In this document: piece by piece, positions 11,632 to 24,664 of the stretch
Layout: each line of letters starts with the position of its first letter
Position numbering within the stretch: position 1 is the first letter of the stretch
DNA from: Guillardia theta CCMP2712
Taxonomy: Eukaryota; Protista; Cryptophyta
Length of the DNA stretch: 64,000 nt
Direction: 5' to 3'
Assembly: GCF_000315625.1 (NCBI RefSeq)
Contig: NW_005434665.1
Location: 555,220 to 619,219, forward strand
Position numbers and translations under genes: made by a program
Notes under the pieces: model-generated
Databases searched by the model: none
What the model was told of the DNA's origin: nothing
The model's input: the letters and a program-made list of their open reading frames with translations, nothing else

Positions 11632-13056
11632 ATGCGCCCCCTCCTTTGTGGAGCACAGCGTGCTGTCCTCCTCCTCCTCCTCCTCCTCCTGCCTCGCCGT
11701 TACCGAGTGGTTCACGGTTTCTCTTCACCTGCTCTGTGCTCTCGTCCGAGCTCTGCGTACATCCACATTCCATTCTGCAAACAGCGCTGCTTCTATTGCG
11801 ATTTTCCTATCAAAGTATTGGGCCATGGTCTGGCCTCGCCGAGTGTTCAACAGACCATCAGCAAGTATGTCGAGGCTCTCAAGACCGAGATGGATATAAC
11901 TGAAACAAGAAGCAACGAAGAACCGAAGTTGCTTGAAACAGTATATGTAGGTAAGCAAGGTTTTGTGAGCTTTTGTAGTGTCTGAAAAACAAAGTAACTT
12001 CCAGGTGGAGGAACACCCTCTGTTCTTGACCCTGAACATCTGGAGCAGATTTTATCTCGCATTGACAAGAAGTTTGGAATATCCAAGGACGCAGAGATTT
12101 CGATCGAGATGGATCCTGGGACTTTTGACAAACAAAAAGCAGCTTCGTTCAAGAAGCTTGGATTCACGCGAGTGAGCATGGGCGTGCAGTCCTTCAACGA
12201 GCGAAGTTTAAAAGCTTGTGGAAGAGGACACAGTGTACAAGAAGTATACGATGGAATTTCCTCCCTTAGAGCTGCTGGGTTCCATGATATCAGTATGGAT
12301 CTGATCTCCGGGTTACCAGGTGAGACCGAGAAGTGTTTCACACATTCTTTGCAAAGTGCGGTCGATCTCAGCCCAACCCATCTCTCGGTTTATGATCTCA
12401 TCATAGAAGATCACACAGCTTTCGGACGTTGGTTCGATCCGAGCAGCAATGTGAACAAGTCGCCGATGAAATTACCATCCTTGCCGGGAGAAAACTTAGC
12501 TGGGGATTTCTACACGTTGTCACACGATTTCTTGACGTCTCGCGGGTATGAGCATTATGAGATCTCCAACTATGCGAAGCTTGACTCTTCTCATCCCATC
12601 GATGACGACGATGTTGGCATTGTCTCTCCGTTCCACTCCCGACACAACACAATGTATTGGGATCGCAGACCCTTTTATGGCTTCGGCATGGGCGCCACCT
12701 CGTTTACAGGCGGAGTTCGTTTAGCCCGACCAAGAAATCTTGAAGCTTACCTGGATTGGGTTGCGAATGGCATCGACCCGAAGCAACTGACGGGTTGGGA
12801 GGAAGAGGACGGGTCGGACTCAACCTGGGACACGCTGGTGGAGACCTTCATGGTTGGGCTGAGAACTCGACGGGGGGTGATGGACAGTTGCTTGCGAAGA
12901 GATTTTGGAGACACGCTGGTAGATGAGGCTCTCAAACGGCTTCAGCCCCATGTAAGGAATGGTCTTGTTGAGATAACGGGCAAAGGTAGGATTCGATTGA
13001 CAGCCCCGAGAGGTTTTCTGTATTCCAACACAGTTCTGGTTTCATTGTTTAAGTAG
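11632..13056 (+). CDS. hemW: Radical SAM heme chaperone HemW/RSAD1 (HemN-like), predicted plastid-targeted
   Basis: YIHIPFCKQRCFYCDF, G|GGTPS (intron 11951-12004), RVSMGVQSF, YEISNYA and the HemW-type HNTMYW motif; signal peptide then FSSP. Confidence 0.85.
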
Positions 13057-13264
13057 GTCTGATGCAAACAGATCAGATGCATCTGATGCTGCACGCATCG
13101 TATTGCTTTGTGAAGGTGCAGCAAAGCAATCATGTTTGAAATATCAAACCCGTTTCACGGTTCAGAAGGCCACCATGTCCCAATAACCGCGTCTACGAGT
13201 TCATGGAACCGCGAAGAATTCTTATCCTTGTTACCAGCCTTTATTGTCATGTTCTGATGATGTC

Positions 13265-15084
13265 TTAAAAGAGGGCAAGATCGTCGCCCTTGGAAAGGAC
13301 TTGACTTGAGCCGAAGGTGCGCTGGACCTCAAACATTACACCACTCAGACAAGTGCAGAAGTCCTCTTACCAGCTCACCCTTGCCAACATTGTGCAACAC
13401 GTTCATGATCTCATCAGACCAAGGTTGACCTGTTGCAGGGATGAATGCTCCAAGGGCGCGTGCAAACACGACTCACAAGGGCCCTTCCGATCTCAGTCTT
13501 GGAGTTCTCCATCTTCAGAATCACCGGGCTTTTCGAGCTGAAGTCTCCCTCGATGCTGGCGATGTCGGCGATCTTTTAGTCATAGAAGTGAGATTGAATG
13601 AAGATCTCAATCCTTAGGCAGACCTCTAGCTGTGGGCCTTTCTCAGATACAACAGCACCCTTGAACTTCTTCTCGAAAGCAGACTCTCGGATCTGAAACA
13701 CTGTCAGACCTCATCGCAGGCATGCCTTCCCGATGCTTTACCCTTAAGACTCCCTGGCACAACGCCATGTGCAGCAGCCAGTGCGTGTGTTTCGACGGCC
13801 GCTGCCTCGCTGGAAAGAACGTTCCGATGTCATCCCCCGAGAAGACCCTGGACGTTGATTCACTGGCAGGTTCAAGCCTGTAGCTACTGGAACGTTTACC
13901 TGGCAATGTTGCGAATGTCATACCCGTTGGCTATACAGCAGTGGACCCCTCCTTGCGTTGCAACTCTGCGGGGTGCGGTCACTTCATCGGAGGTGGGATA
14001 TTCACAAGTAGCTCACTGGGCTGCGTGTATCTTGGAGCCCATGCCGCCTCTTCCCATCGTGCTCTTAGTTCCAATCTTGACATCCTCGTGATCCCGATAG
14101 ACCTGTGATCATTCATCCAGTCAGTTCGACCCTCTAGGAATCAATCTGTTTTCCTTGATCCTCTCTGCGCCAGGTTCGGTCGGTGGCTTCGTGAAAACTC
14201 CATCTACGTCCGTGAGCATGCATACTCCATCGGCTTCACCCCCTGCTGCGACAAGAGCTGCAAGCCTGCATGCGTCGTCGTCAGACAAGCTCGCAGTTTT
14301 CCTCACAACCGCTCACATGTCGTTGTCGGTGAAAACTTGCCCCTTCGTGGCGGGGTCGAGCTGAGAAGCCCCGGTCACGACATCGTTCTCATTGATTACA
14401 GGTACGACTCCGAGGGAGCTCAATCGGTCGAGGGTGTTGGCAAGGTTGTTGTACCGATCCAGCATGCCAAAGTCACCTTGAGTGATCAGAACCTGCTCGT
14501 GGGTCATGCACGAACGTGCTGGATGCAGAGTAAACCTGCGCACACTTGATGCCCAGCCTGTTGAACATCACATTGTACGTGCTCATGAGGAGCTCCTGGC
14601 CTGCAGCAGCACTTGCCTGCCTCTCGACGACGTTGGACGTATTCGAAATCACTTCCTTGGAGAAACCAATCCTTTCCCTGCCCAGTCCCACCGCTCCGCT
14701 GCTAATCAGCATCACTTGCTTTCCTTTCTCAATCAGGTCAGCGATCTCCTCGACCAGTCCGCCCATACGAGCGAGGGCAAGAGTTCCATTTGGTCGTGAG
14801 ACGACTGCAGTGCCAACTTTGATGACAACCCGCTTGCATGACTTGAGCGGCTCTCGTTCATCTCCTCCGCTTCCCATCCATCGGACTTGCTCTCGCTTCA
14901 CGATTTCACGTCGGAACATACCAGCACTCATCCTGATTCCTTCTTGCCCCTTCGAGAGTGACTGTCTTGTGAAGTGAAGCTCCCTGACTATCATGCATTT
15001 CTCCTTCTCTCCTCCTGTTCCTCTTCCCCCCACCATCTTCGCCATCCTCCCTCCACATCTTCCGACTGCCCGCATAAACAGCAT
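13265..15084 (-). CDS. proB: Glutamate 5-kinase with C-terminal PUA-like domain and mitochondrial-type presequence
   Basis: VIKVGTAVV, SSGAV, AAAGQ, VPVINENDVV, DNDMLAAL, LTDVDG, GRGGMGSKI. Later exons IASIEGDFS..EIGR and KGDDLALF* resemble PUA. Confidence 0.88.
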
Positions 15085-16092
15085 GATAGCCTCGCTTCGA
15101 TTCCCACCCCTATCCTAATGGATACCCAACCCTTATGCAATACCACCCTACGCATACACTACCCCTACCCTTCAATTCACCTTATCATACCCATGAATCA
15201 TTATTACACCGTTCTACCCCTACCCCATCTGTGGTCGAAAATTGAAAGACCCCACCCCCTGAATTTAGATTACCTCTTCATGACCTACCCTCAAGTGTTG
15301 AATCCTCCAGTCCTAGCCCACCCATGGGCACAATTCATTTTTGTCAGAAATTCAAATATTCTCTTTATATTTCAATATTCAATGAGTCTTTGTCCGTTGA
15401 TAGTCTAAACTTTTCCATGGTGTCATCCCCCACCCCAAGAATTTCCAGTGAAACCACCCCCACGTCTATTTGGCCACACCTCCACCCACCCCTACCCCCT
15501 ATATTTCAGTCATTTCGGCCTCTTTTGCCCTGCAGGATCGATTCGATTCTTTTGAATTAATTCAATTCAAGCCGGCAGCAAAAACACAGGCCGGCGGAAC
15601 CGCGCCGCTGTGCTAAAGGGAGTCCCCGATCCGTATGTGGGAAAGAGCGAAGATTTCTTAAATGAAGTACTAATAAAAGGGGGCATGGGAGGAAATGAGG
15701 GCATGAAGATCGGAAACAGGAGCAGATACTGATAGGGTGGAAGGAGGAGGAGCTGGGTCAAAGGTAGACGATTTCTCAATTGGGATAATAATAAAAAGAG
15801 GGATAGTATGATCAAGTCCACATCGGGACCAAGTCTGGCTGGGTTATTCTGGGGATGGTGGGGGAGAAAGGGCGAGAAGTGTACGAGAAGAGGCAGGGGA
15901 GGGGAGCGAGGGGCGACAGCATGGACATGCTGTTGATGATGGGTTTTTGATAGACAGATTTATGCCATGGCGATGTAGGGCGGAGAAGTTTGACTGCGTG
16001 CCAGCATAAAGCATGAGTTTGCTCAAGTTTGTACAGCAAAAACAAGAAAGTTGCTGCGTTGCTTTCCTTTGACTCCTCCTGCTCTTCTGCAG

Positions 16093-16560
16093 AATGTGGG
16101 CGGACATCCAACATTATCAACAACTCAGATCTTCTTTCTCCCGAGGTCTCTTCACCTCGCTCGAACTTGTGGTGAGTGCTTCCCCGCCGTACCCCCTCCT
16201 CCACAAACTCTGAGAATCGCGCCAGGATCCTCTCGGGAGCTGGAACGAGGGTGCATGGCAGATGACTCCCTTCAATGGGGAAGGAGTGAACGACAATGCT
16301 GCCATGAGGGTAGGAACGGATCCAGCGAGCTATCAGACGACTGGAGGATACGCGCTGTACCCCGGAGTCCTTCCCTCCTGTAAGGACGGGCATGAGGCGC
16401 CATGCTCGTAAAGCGCTGCGGGAGGCTGTGAGAGCAGAGATCTGATGCTTCCTCGTCTTTGTTAACTCACTCTGCTCTCCCTCCCCTGCCCTTCACGCTC
16501 GCTCGTACGCCTTCTCTGAGACTATGTGTGCGAGCCAGCAGGACATGGTGAGCTCCTGTA
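16093..16560 (+). CDS. Small multi-exon hypothetical protein
   Basis: ATG just after an acceptor (ctgcag|aATG); exons MWADIQHYQQLRSSFSRGLFTSLELV|DPLGSWNEGAWQMTPFNGEGVNDNAAMR|... 3' end uncertain. Confidence 0.3.
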
Positions 16561-16749
16561 GTCTTGTAAGTTTGCTCTGTTGCCATGAAACAGAATCAGT
16601 TTTGGATGGGTGTCGCTTTCGATATCCTCTGCCAATAACACCGCTAACATCTCCTCCCCCCTCCCCCCTCCCCCCTCCCCTTTCCTCCTCTCTTAGTACA
16701 CAACCATCTTCTCTCTCTTCTACTCCCCCCCTTCCTCTTCTCCTCCTCT

Positions 16750-17611
16750 CTTGCCTTCCATCTCTCGTCGATCTCGTGCTTGATCGCCTTCATCGCCAGC
16801 ATCTGCACGAGCAGGTCAGCGCGTGAGAGCAGGATGGGAAGAGCTCCGCTACCTGCCCACGGAACAGCCGAAGGGTGCTGAGCATGCGATGCCTTGCCTC
16901 CAAGGTCGTACGGAGAAGCAGCTCAGCCCGAGCGTACCGCAACTGTCGCATGCTTCAGACTCGCCTCCACCCTCCTCCTGTCCCTCCTCCTCCTGTGATC
17001 CATCGTTCTCTCCACTTCCTCCTCCTGTCCAGTCCCTCTGCCCCTCTCGTCTTCCTTATCTTTCCAGAGCACTGACCTGATCTACAACCGCCTCGTGCCT
17101 CCACGACCAAACAGTCTGAGCAACGATGAGGGTGAAGGAGGAGAGGTAAGATCATACCCTCGTAGTGAGCCTCCTCTCAAGTGAGAGCTTGTGGCGACCT
17201 GCGACGACCGAGTCAACACGGAATTGGGAGGAGGGAGGGCGGCTGGGTACAGGAGATGTCCTGAAGCTGCCGACGATGACGGAGGCAGCAGACGGATCGC
17301 GTGAAGAGACTCCATGCTCGGCAGTAGGTGAACCAAACAAGCAACCTGAGGATGAGATAAGGAGTGGAGGAGGAAGAGGAGGGGGGGGGAGAGAATGAGC
17401 AGCGGGCGCAGTGGGCGTGAAAGGGAAACGCAGGTATTGGGGTGTAGGGAGCAAGAATGAAGTTAGACAGGGGAGAGAGAAAGTGAAGCAGAGGAGTTAT
17501 GTAAGGGGACCGTTTGGAGAAAGGAAACTGAAGGGAGGGAGGGAGTCAGTGAGCAGGAGCAACAGGAGCAGGAGCAGGAGCGGGAGCAGGAGCGGGAGCA
17601 GGAGCAGGAGC

Positions 17612-17676
<65 letters not shown>

Positions 17677-20600
17677 CAGCAGGAACGGATCAGCTCAACC
17701 TCATCGACTTCCTTACAAGGTCCCTGCGATGTCTGGAGTAGCTCATCCATCGAGACCATCTGGACGAGGATCAAAGAGGAGGAGAGCGAGGAGGTTCCGC
17801 CCTGCCCACCACTCACAGGTTCTGCACGAGGCTCCTTCCTCTGGCAGAGTGCGATCGCAGCAGCACCCTCCTCCACCATCTTGTCCGGGTCGACTGCTGC
17901 GACCATCGTCTGATAAGAGGAGGAAGACGACGCCCCCTGTTGCTCGGGTGAGGAGGATGGAAAAACAACGCAGGGAGGACCTCCACGATCTGGAGAGGAG
18001 GGAAAGTCTCCTGCTTCTCATCATGATCCTTCGCCATCCCTCCATGCTGGTTTGCGCGAGATGGAGGAAGCGAGCGAGAGAGCAAAGTCTCTTCGCCTTC
18101 TCTTTCCAACCTTTCCTCCCTGTTGCATCCTTGGAGGACGGAAAGAGTTATGAAGAAGACGACACGAGAGAGGAGGAGGAGGTGGTGGTGGTGGTGGTGG
18201 TAGTGGTGGTGGTGGTGGGTAGACAAGGAGAGGTCAGCGGAAAGGGACGGAGAAATGAGGATGGAGAACTTTTGCTTACCTGAAGAACGACAAGGGGAGG
18301 AACACTCGGCGCTCTTGATGAGCTCTCGTCTCCTGGACTTCCTGGTGGCGTGTGGCCTTGAGAGGAAGAGGAGGAGGAGGGAGGAGGAGGCGAGGAAGGA
18401 GGATCTTGCGCGGAGGAAGGAGAGATTGCGGAGGAGAGAGAAAGCGAGGAGGGTGATAAAGGAGGAAATTGGGACGAGGAGAAGGGAGAGGAGGAGGGGG
18501 ACAGGGAGAGAGGAGGCTCCCCTCTCGGCGGGTGCATGACTTCGGGGGAAGAGGAGGGGGAGAGGCTGATGAAACAAGGCTTTTCTCCTCCAGGTTTCAG
18601 TTCCACATGCTTCCTGCAGGCGGAGAAACCTTTCGTAAAAGTGCAAGGAGGAGCAGATGGAAGAGTTGCAAAGAGTAGATGATACATGGGAGGAGGGAGG
18701 AGGGAGGAGGGAGGAGGGAGGAGGGAGGAGGGAGGAGGGAGGAGGGAGGAGGGAGGGATTTGGGTCAATAGGAAGGGAGACGTGGACGGCGCAGAAGTGA
18801 GCAGGGGTACCGAGCGAGAGGCGGAAGCTTGGGAGGAAGGCGATAGAGCAGGAGATTTGCCCGCCGCCTCCAACGCTGGAGGACGAGACTCCAAAGACGG
18901 AGGGAGTCGAGGAGGAGGAGGAGGAGGAGAGACTGCACGAGGATCAGCCTGCTGATATCGCTCATCTGGCTCACCCTTCTCGTCCTCTCGACCATGGCTA
19001 GCAGAGGCTTCGCGCCCTCTGTGTGGTTAAGGAAGGCGAGGAAGGCTGAGGAACAAGAGAGAGGAGATGGGAGAGGTGGACAGCAAAAGTAAAGGAGGGG
19101 AGGACGGGCAGAGGGAGAAAAAGAAGGAGAGGGAGGAGAGGGAGGAGGGCGAGGACGAGGACCAAAAGAAGAAGGAGGAGATGGGTAGAACGTTCAGTCA
19201 GGAAGGAACAGGAGAGAACAGATGTTGTCTTGACCTTGTTTGGTCAACAGTCTGCTCTCCCTTGTTGCCTCCTGCTCTCACTTCAGCTCGCTCCTCCTCG
19301 CTCCTCCTCGATGTCACCTTAAACCGATGGCAGACCAGGTGAAGTTTGAGCCTTGAATGGGAGAAGTCAGTGGGCGAGCGTTAGAGGACGGCAGAAGCTC
19401 AGAGGAAGCAAGCAGGGAGGGAGGGAGGGAGGGAGGGGAGGGAGGGAGGGAGGGAGGGACGGGAGGGAGGAGGAGGAGGAGGGAGGAGGAGGAGGAGCGA
19501 TCCGCCCTGACACACAGAATGACATGCAAGCATGAATGAATGACCGACAAACCGACCAACGCACGACCAGCCGGCCATTCATCTCTCTTTCTCGCTTGCN
19601 NNNNNNNNNNNNNNNNNNNNNNNNNNNNNNNNNNNNNNNNNNNNNNNNNNNNNNNNNNNNNNNNNNNNNNNNNNNNNNNNNNNNNNNNNNNNNNNNNNNA
19701 CGCAGGCAGGATAGAAGGAAGCAAGGGAGGAAGGAAACTCAGAGATGACCTCTGTCTGCTCGATACAACTGCCCTCCATGAAAGAAAACAACCCTGACGT
19801 CATGGAACGAAGAGCAACGAATCAGCACAAGGCCAAAAGTTCGACGAGTTTTATTTTGCTCTCGCTTGCCTGCAGTTGTGCTCGGCCTTCTGAAAGCCCG
19901 CAAAGAGCGAAGAGCTTGCCAGCAGCTGGAAGAGAGAAGCAGAGAACTTGTTGGGTCTGCTGGAGGTCAGCTCGATCCTGCCCGTGTCATGTCAGCCCGG
20001 ACGGAAAGGAACCATCCCTCACCTCATGCAGCTGGCGACGCTGTCCTTGACCCTCCTCTTGCCCTTGGCGTCTGTCGGGCGATCGTCAAGGGACCGTAGG
20101 GCAAGTCGGAGCAGCCGAGCTCACAGCATCGTTCCCTCCATGTCCACAAGGAACGAGCCGTGCAGGACAAGCGACGCTCCCTCACCATCCCATAGCACCT
20201 CCTCATTCTCGTGACGAGGTCCATCCAGCAGGCAAGAGCTTCCGCCCTCACTCGCGCTGTCGACGAGCCCAAGTCAATTTCGAGAGGGAGCAAGAGACTT
20301 ACGATCGACCTGATCGCCCTCTCAGAGCCTTGACTGTCCTCCTCAGCGCTGCTCGACTCCTCACGATCGCTTCCCATCGCCTCATGCAGACCCTTCGTGC
20401 CCTGCATCTCATCCCGTCAAGGACGGCAGATCGTGCGGATACAAGACCAACTTTCTGTTGCAGGACTGCTGAAGTCTCGCTACAAGACGCTGCTCAACCT
20501 TGCTGCGCTCTGCGATCTCCCACGTGGACGTCAAGATTTCCCTCTTGATTCTCGTCACCCTCTGACGAGCGAGGAGAGCTTCCAGGCTGACTCTGATTGA

Positions 20601-23600
20601 GAAGTCGAAGGAGCAGACAAGACGGAGAGAAGCGGCACCAGCACCAGCACCAGCACCAGCACCAGCACCAGCACCAGCACCAGCGGTATTGCACGAGCAT
20701 AACAGAATAAGAAGAAAGGGGTGTGGGAGAAGAGGGAAAGAGGGTCAGAGGCGCGGGAGAAAACGTGGAATAGTACTCACGTGTGCTCTTTGACATATCT
20801 TGACCATTCCGAAAGACAGAATGACAATCGTCTCATCTGCAGACTAGGAGAAATTCATTTGTACGACGCAGATGAGGAGGAGGAGGGGCAAGAACAGTAG
20901 CAGAAGCTCGAGCTGTGAGAGGAGGAGGAAGCAAAGGGGAGGAGGAGGGAGGAACGGAAGGAAGTAGGATAAAGCAGGAGGTACAGGAGCAGGATATGGC
21001 TGCAGGACAATGACGGTGAAACATGTCTCACCTGCTCAAAATCTCCTTGGCGATGTTTGTTCTGACCATCACGCGATTCCATGATCGCAAACTCCGCAGT
21101 CGAAGGCGAAACTTCTGCAGTCTTTGCATCATGACAGAACACTTTTGACAGATGTCAAGAAGCTTTCCTGGTCGATTTGAAATTCCTTCACTGTCTCTCT
21201 GTTCCTCATGCAAACCTTCCACGCCAAGACAACTCTGCAGGTCAAAAGTAGCCAGGCGGTCAACGGTGGAGGCAAATCGAGTCAAGTCAAGTTTTGGTCG
21301 AGTCAGCATGATGTTTTTACCTCTTCAGCATCCTTCTGGCTCTTGTCGACGTTGCAAGTCGATGTAAGAACTTGAAGAGGCGAGAGGTTTCGAACATCTG
21401 CGCTGCCACTTTCACCGTCGCTTCCTCCTCATCAAATGTACCTGCTCATCTGTTTGCATCGAAACATCTTGTCGAGTATCCTCCTCCTCCTCCTCCTGCT
21501 CCTTCTCGTGCCTGATAGCGTCGTGTCATTGAGAGCTCAAACTTCCGGCAGGAAGGCAACACCAGCAGGCGAGCAAAGACCTCTTCCTTCTTGCAAAGGC
21601 GCCCTTGGAGAACGTAAGGTTGTGGGGAGAGGAGAGGAGAGGAGAGGAGAGGAGAGGAGAGGAGAGGAGAGGAGAGGGAGCAAACAAGAGTAGAGAGGGA
21701 GTAGATGAGGGCAGAAACGGTATCGCAGTCATATTCACCCATTGACTTCTAACGCCTCTTCGGTGCTGCCCTTGCAACGTTTCCTCTCGCCACATCCTTG
21801 TTGCTTCCCGTTTCCACCTCCCGTCAACCTGCTCCTCGGTAACTCTCCTCCTCCTCCTCGCTCCTCTCCACGCTCCCTGATCCTTCTCTTTCCTCCTTCC
21901 CCTCTCTCTCCTCACCCGCAGCGACAAGTTGGTCATCCTCCTCACCAGCTCACTCCTCTGCCACCATGCTCGTCTCCATGCGAGGAAGGCCTGGGATGCT
22001 CTGAGGAGAAGCAGCACGAGCTAGGCACAGGCAGACCACCTGTTTCCTCCTCGTCCCCTCCTTCTCCCTGCTGCGACTCGCCCCCTGGACCTCCATTCTC
22101 TTTCCAATAGTATGAGTCTTCCACTGCAGAGGTCTGAGGAAAGGAGAAAGGAGCGGAACTTGCTAGACCTGTTCGATGACCCGCCGTGACAGTCGGAGAC
22201 GGGACGAGGAGGATAACGCAAAAACACCCAGGGCAAGCAGGGAGCAAGAGGAGGAGAACAGGACGGAGGGAGGAGGGGACGATACTAACGAGCAGAAATC
22301 TTGCGGATAGAGGATTGTGGAGGAGGAGCTGAGTGAGAGGAGCAGAAACGCAACCTTGCTCTGCTTCCTGTGCAGCAAGGAGGATCAAGTGAGTCCGCGT
22401 GCGCGATATTGTTAACTCACCATCTTTTCACGCTTCTCCCTAGCAGCTTGAGGTCTAGACAAGGAAACTTGAATGAAGCCGAGACAGGGCAACGAGAAGG
22501 ATCTCAAGACAGAAAGGCTGGAAAGGCGAATATGGGAAGGAGAGTAGGGAAGAGGAGAGGAGGGATGAGGAGGAGCGAGGAACGATGAGAGAGAAAAGAA
22601 GGGAGGTGGAGGAGGAGAAGGAGAAGGAGGGCCCCACCTAATCGTGTCCTTAACGTCCATCTCAAACGTTTTGGCATCAGAACCTACGAAGCTGATGCCT
22701 GAGCCCACGAGCAAACGTTGGGGAGGAGATAGGAGGCAGCCAGCAGGGAACACAAAGGAGGGAAGTACAACGAGGAAAAAGGAGAGGAGGAGAGGAGGAT
22801 CAGTGGGAGGGAGAAGAAACAAGGCGGAAAAGAAGTGCGGGGAGAAAAAGCTCACAACTTCGCTCCAGGAAAGCAACGTCTGTCGCTTTCGCTTGAGGAT
22901 CTGGCATGGGCGGCATCGGTGAGCACTGAGAAGAGAGTGTGAAGACAGTTACAACATTCAACCTGCATGTTGGAGCGGTGTAGGGCAAGAAAGATCATAG
23001 TGCGTGCATGTTCTATCGTCCGCTCTCCTTCTCCTTCCTGGTTGCCACCTTTCTTCCTCAGATGACCGCAAGCCCACAGCCTCCATGCGTGACTCAGACT
23101 TCTCCTCTCAAACGTGTACCAGCTCCTGACCCCAAGGCCGTCACAGCACACCGACTAGCAGTAGGATGAAATGGCGGATGGAAGGAACGAGGGAACAAAT
23201 AGAGGAGACAGAGGGGACGGGGGAGACGGGGGAGACGGAGGAGACGGAACGAGCGATGGAGTCGTGGGGCCCCGAAGGGGGGGCTGGAGAGACGGAGAAG
23301 GAGCTAAGAGACCATTCATGGAAGTAGGTGATGGCAAGCTGATCCCGAGGAAGCTCCTGGGCCTGAACGACAGGGAGGTTCCTGATGGCCTCTAACACTT
23401 GATGCCCCCAGCACGTTCAGTGAGGAAGGAAGGCAGAGGAGAGGGAAGTCCGGACCTTGAAGCTCTCTCTTCATGGCCTCCCGCGTCAACCCCTTCCAGA
23501 AGGCGAAGCACAGGCTGACCAAGAAGTCGACGTGATCTCGGGGGGTGTCGAGCTCGATTGCAGCGAGCATTTCTTCGTTGGCTGCAGCACGCAAAGGATG

Positions 23601-24022
23601 AGGGCGGCAGTGAAGTGGGGAGGGAGTCGGAGGAAGGTAGAGGGACAGGTCCTACCTTCTGCTAACGTTTCCACCAAACTCTTGCTGAGAGCCGAGGCTT
23701 CTAGATTTTCGCAGATTTCTGCCTTCCTTCGCCATGGCGTGACGAGCTCCAAGTAGATTGAGGCGCAGATGACAAGCTCTTCTCACAAACAGCAATCAGA
23801 ATCAGGATGAACTCCTTGTAGGCAACAACATGCCGCACCGTAGGGGATCTCCATGGACGATCGTCTTATATTTTCGTCCATAGCTCGGAGAAGATTATCT
23901 AGCAGAGCAAGAGCAGAGGAGAAGGAGGAGGTAGGAGGCTCCATGGAAGCTGAGGATAAGGACATGCTGGCTGCCATCAGGAAGTCCCGTAGCGACCGCA
24001 GCGACCGCCGCAAGCGCAGCAT
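16750..24022 (-). CDS. Large multi-exon hypothetical protein (or several genes) with microsatellite-filled introns
   Basis: Protein-like minus-strand segments bounded by GT/AG, e.g. AANEEMLAAIELDTPRDHVDFLVSLCFAFWKGL, PKLDLTRFASTVDRLATFDLQ, IVSLLLPLEIDLGSSTARVRAEALACWMDLV. No family recognised; spans the N gap. Confidence 0.4.
17551..17684 (+). repeat. (GCAGGA)n microsatellite
   Basis: Direct inspection. Confidence 0.95.
18686..18757 (+). repeat. Polypurine (GGAGGGA-type) tandem repeat
   Basis: Direct inspection. Confidence 0.85.
19600..19699. other. Assembly gap (100 N)
   Basis: Run of N. Confidence 1.
20635..20684 (+). repeat. (GCACCA)n microsatellite
   Basis: Direct inspection. Confidence 0.95.
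21626..21677 (+). repeat. (GAGAG)n microsatellite
   Basis: Direct inspection. Confidence 0.95.
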
Positions 24023-24664
24023 GATTGCGCTCACCCCGCTTGGCCAGCACAACAGGACTGAACTTTGAGTGAAAAAAAAGTCAAACTTTGACGTTTCGGG
24101 CCCTTTTTTTTAATCCAGGACGCAGACCCGGGACTCGGGACTGAGTTGGACGGAGGGCCCGCCGGGCCGGGCGGTCACCCCGCCGGGCCCGGCGGGCGAA
24201 GCACCTGATCCTGAGGTCGGCTTGCTCATTCTTCAACGGTTGGGGACCGGGGGAACTGACTCGGGGAACATCCACCTTCACGGGGGGTAGGAGGTAGGGG
24301 GGTAGGGGGTAGTTGAAGGAGTGGTGCTGTCCGTCTAACGAAGGCTACAGGATTGGGTCCCATGAAAGCCGAGTGGGTAGGGTGGTACCTGAGGGGGACA
24401 AGGGGACAGAACTGAAGCTACGGGAAGGGGTAGTTATCGGTGTTTGCACTAGGGGGGTAGGAATGTATAAGGGGTGGGGGTAGTATCAGGAGGCACGTGG
24501 GGCATTGAACCCTCTTGCAAGGTCCCCTCTTCCCCCCTCACACCCCGTCTGTCCACTACTACCCCACCCTAGTGCTTTACGAGTTTTATGACCCACCCCC
24601 AGGGGATCCACGTTGGCTTTATAACCGGACAGAGGGTTACCGTCAGCCAAGGTCATCGGCCGCC

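Noticed and set aside
17411-18283. 290-aa ORF with an RS tract as a second SR protein
   Set aside because: The RS run is a (GCAGGA)n microsatellite, there is no RRM, and the plausible exons lie on the opposite strand.
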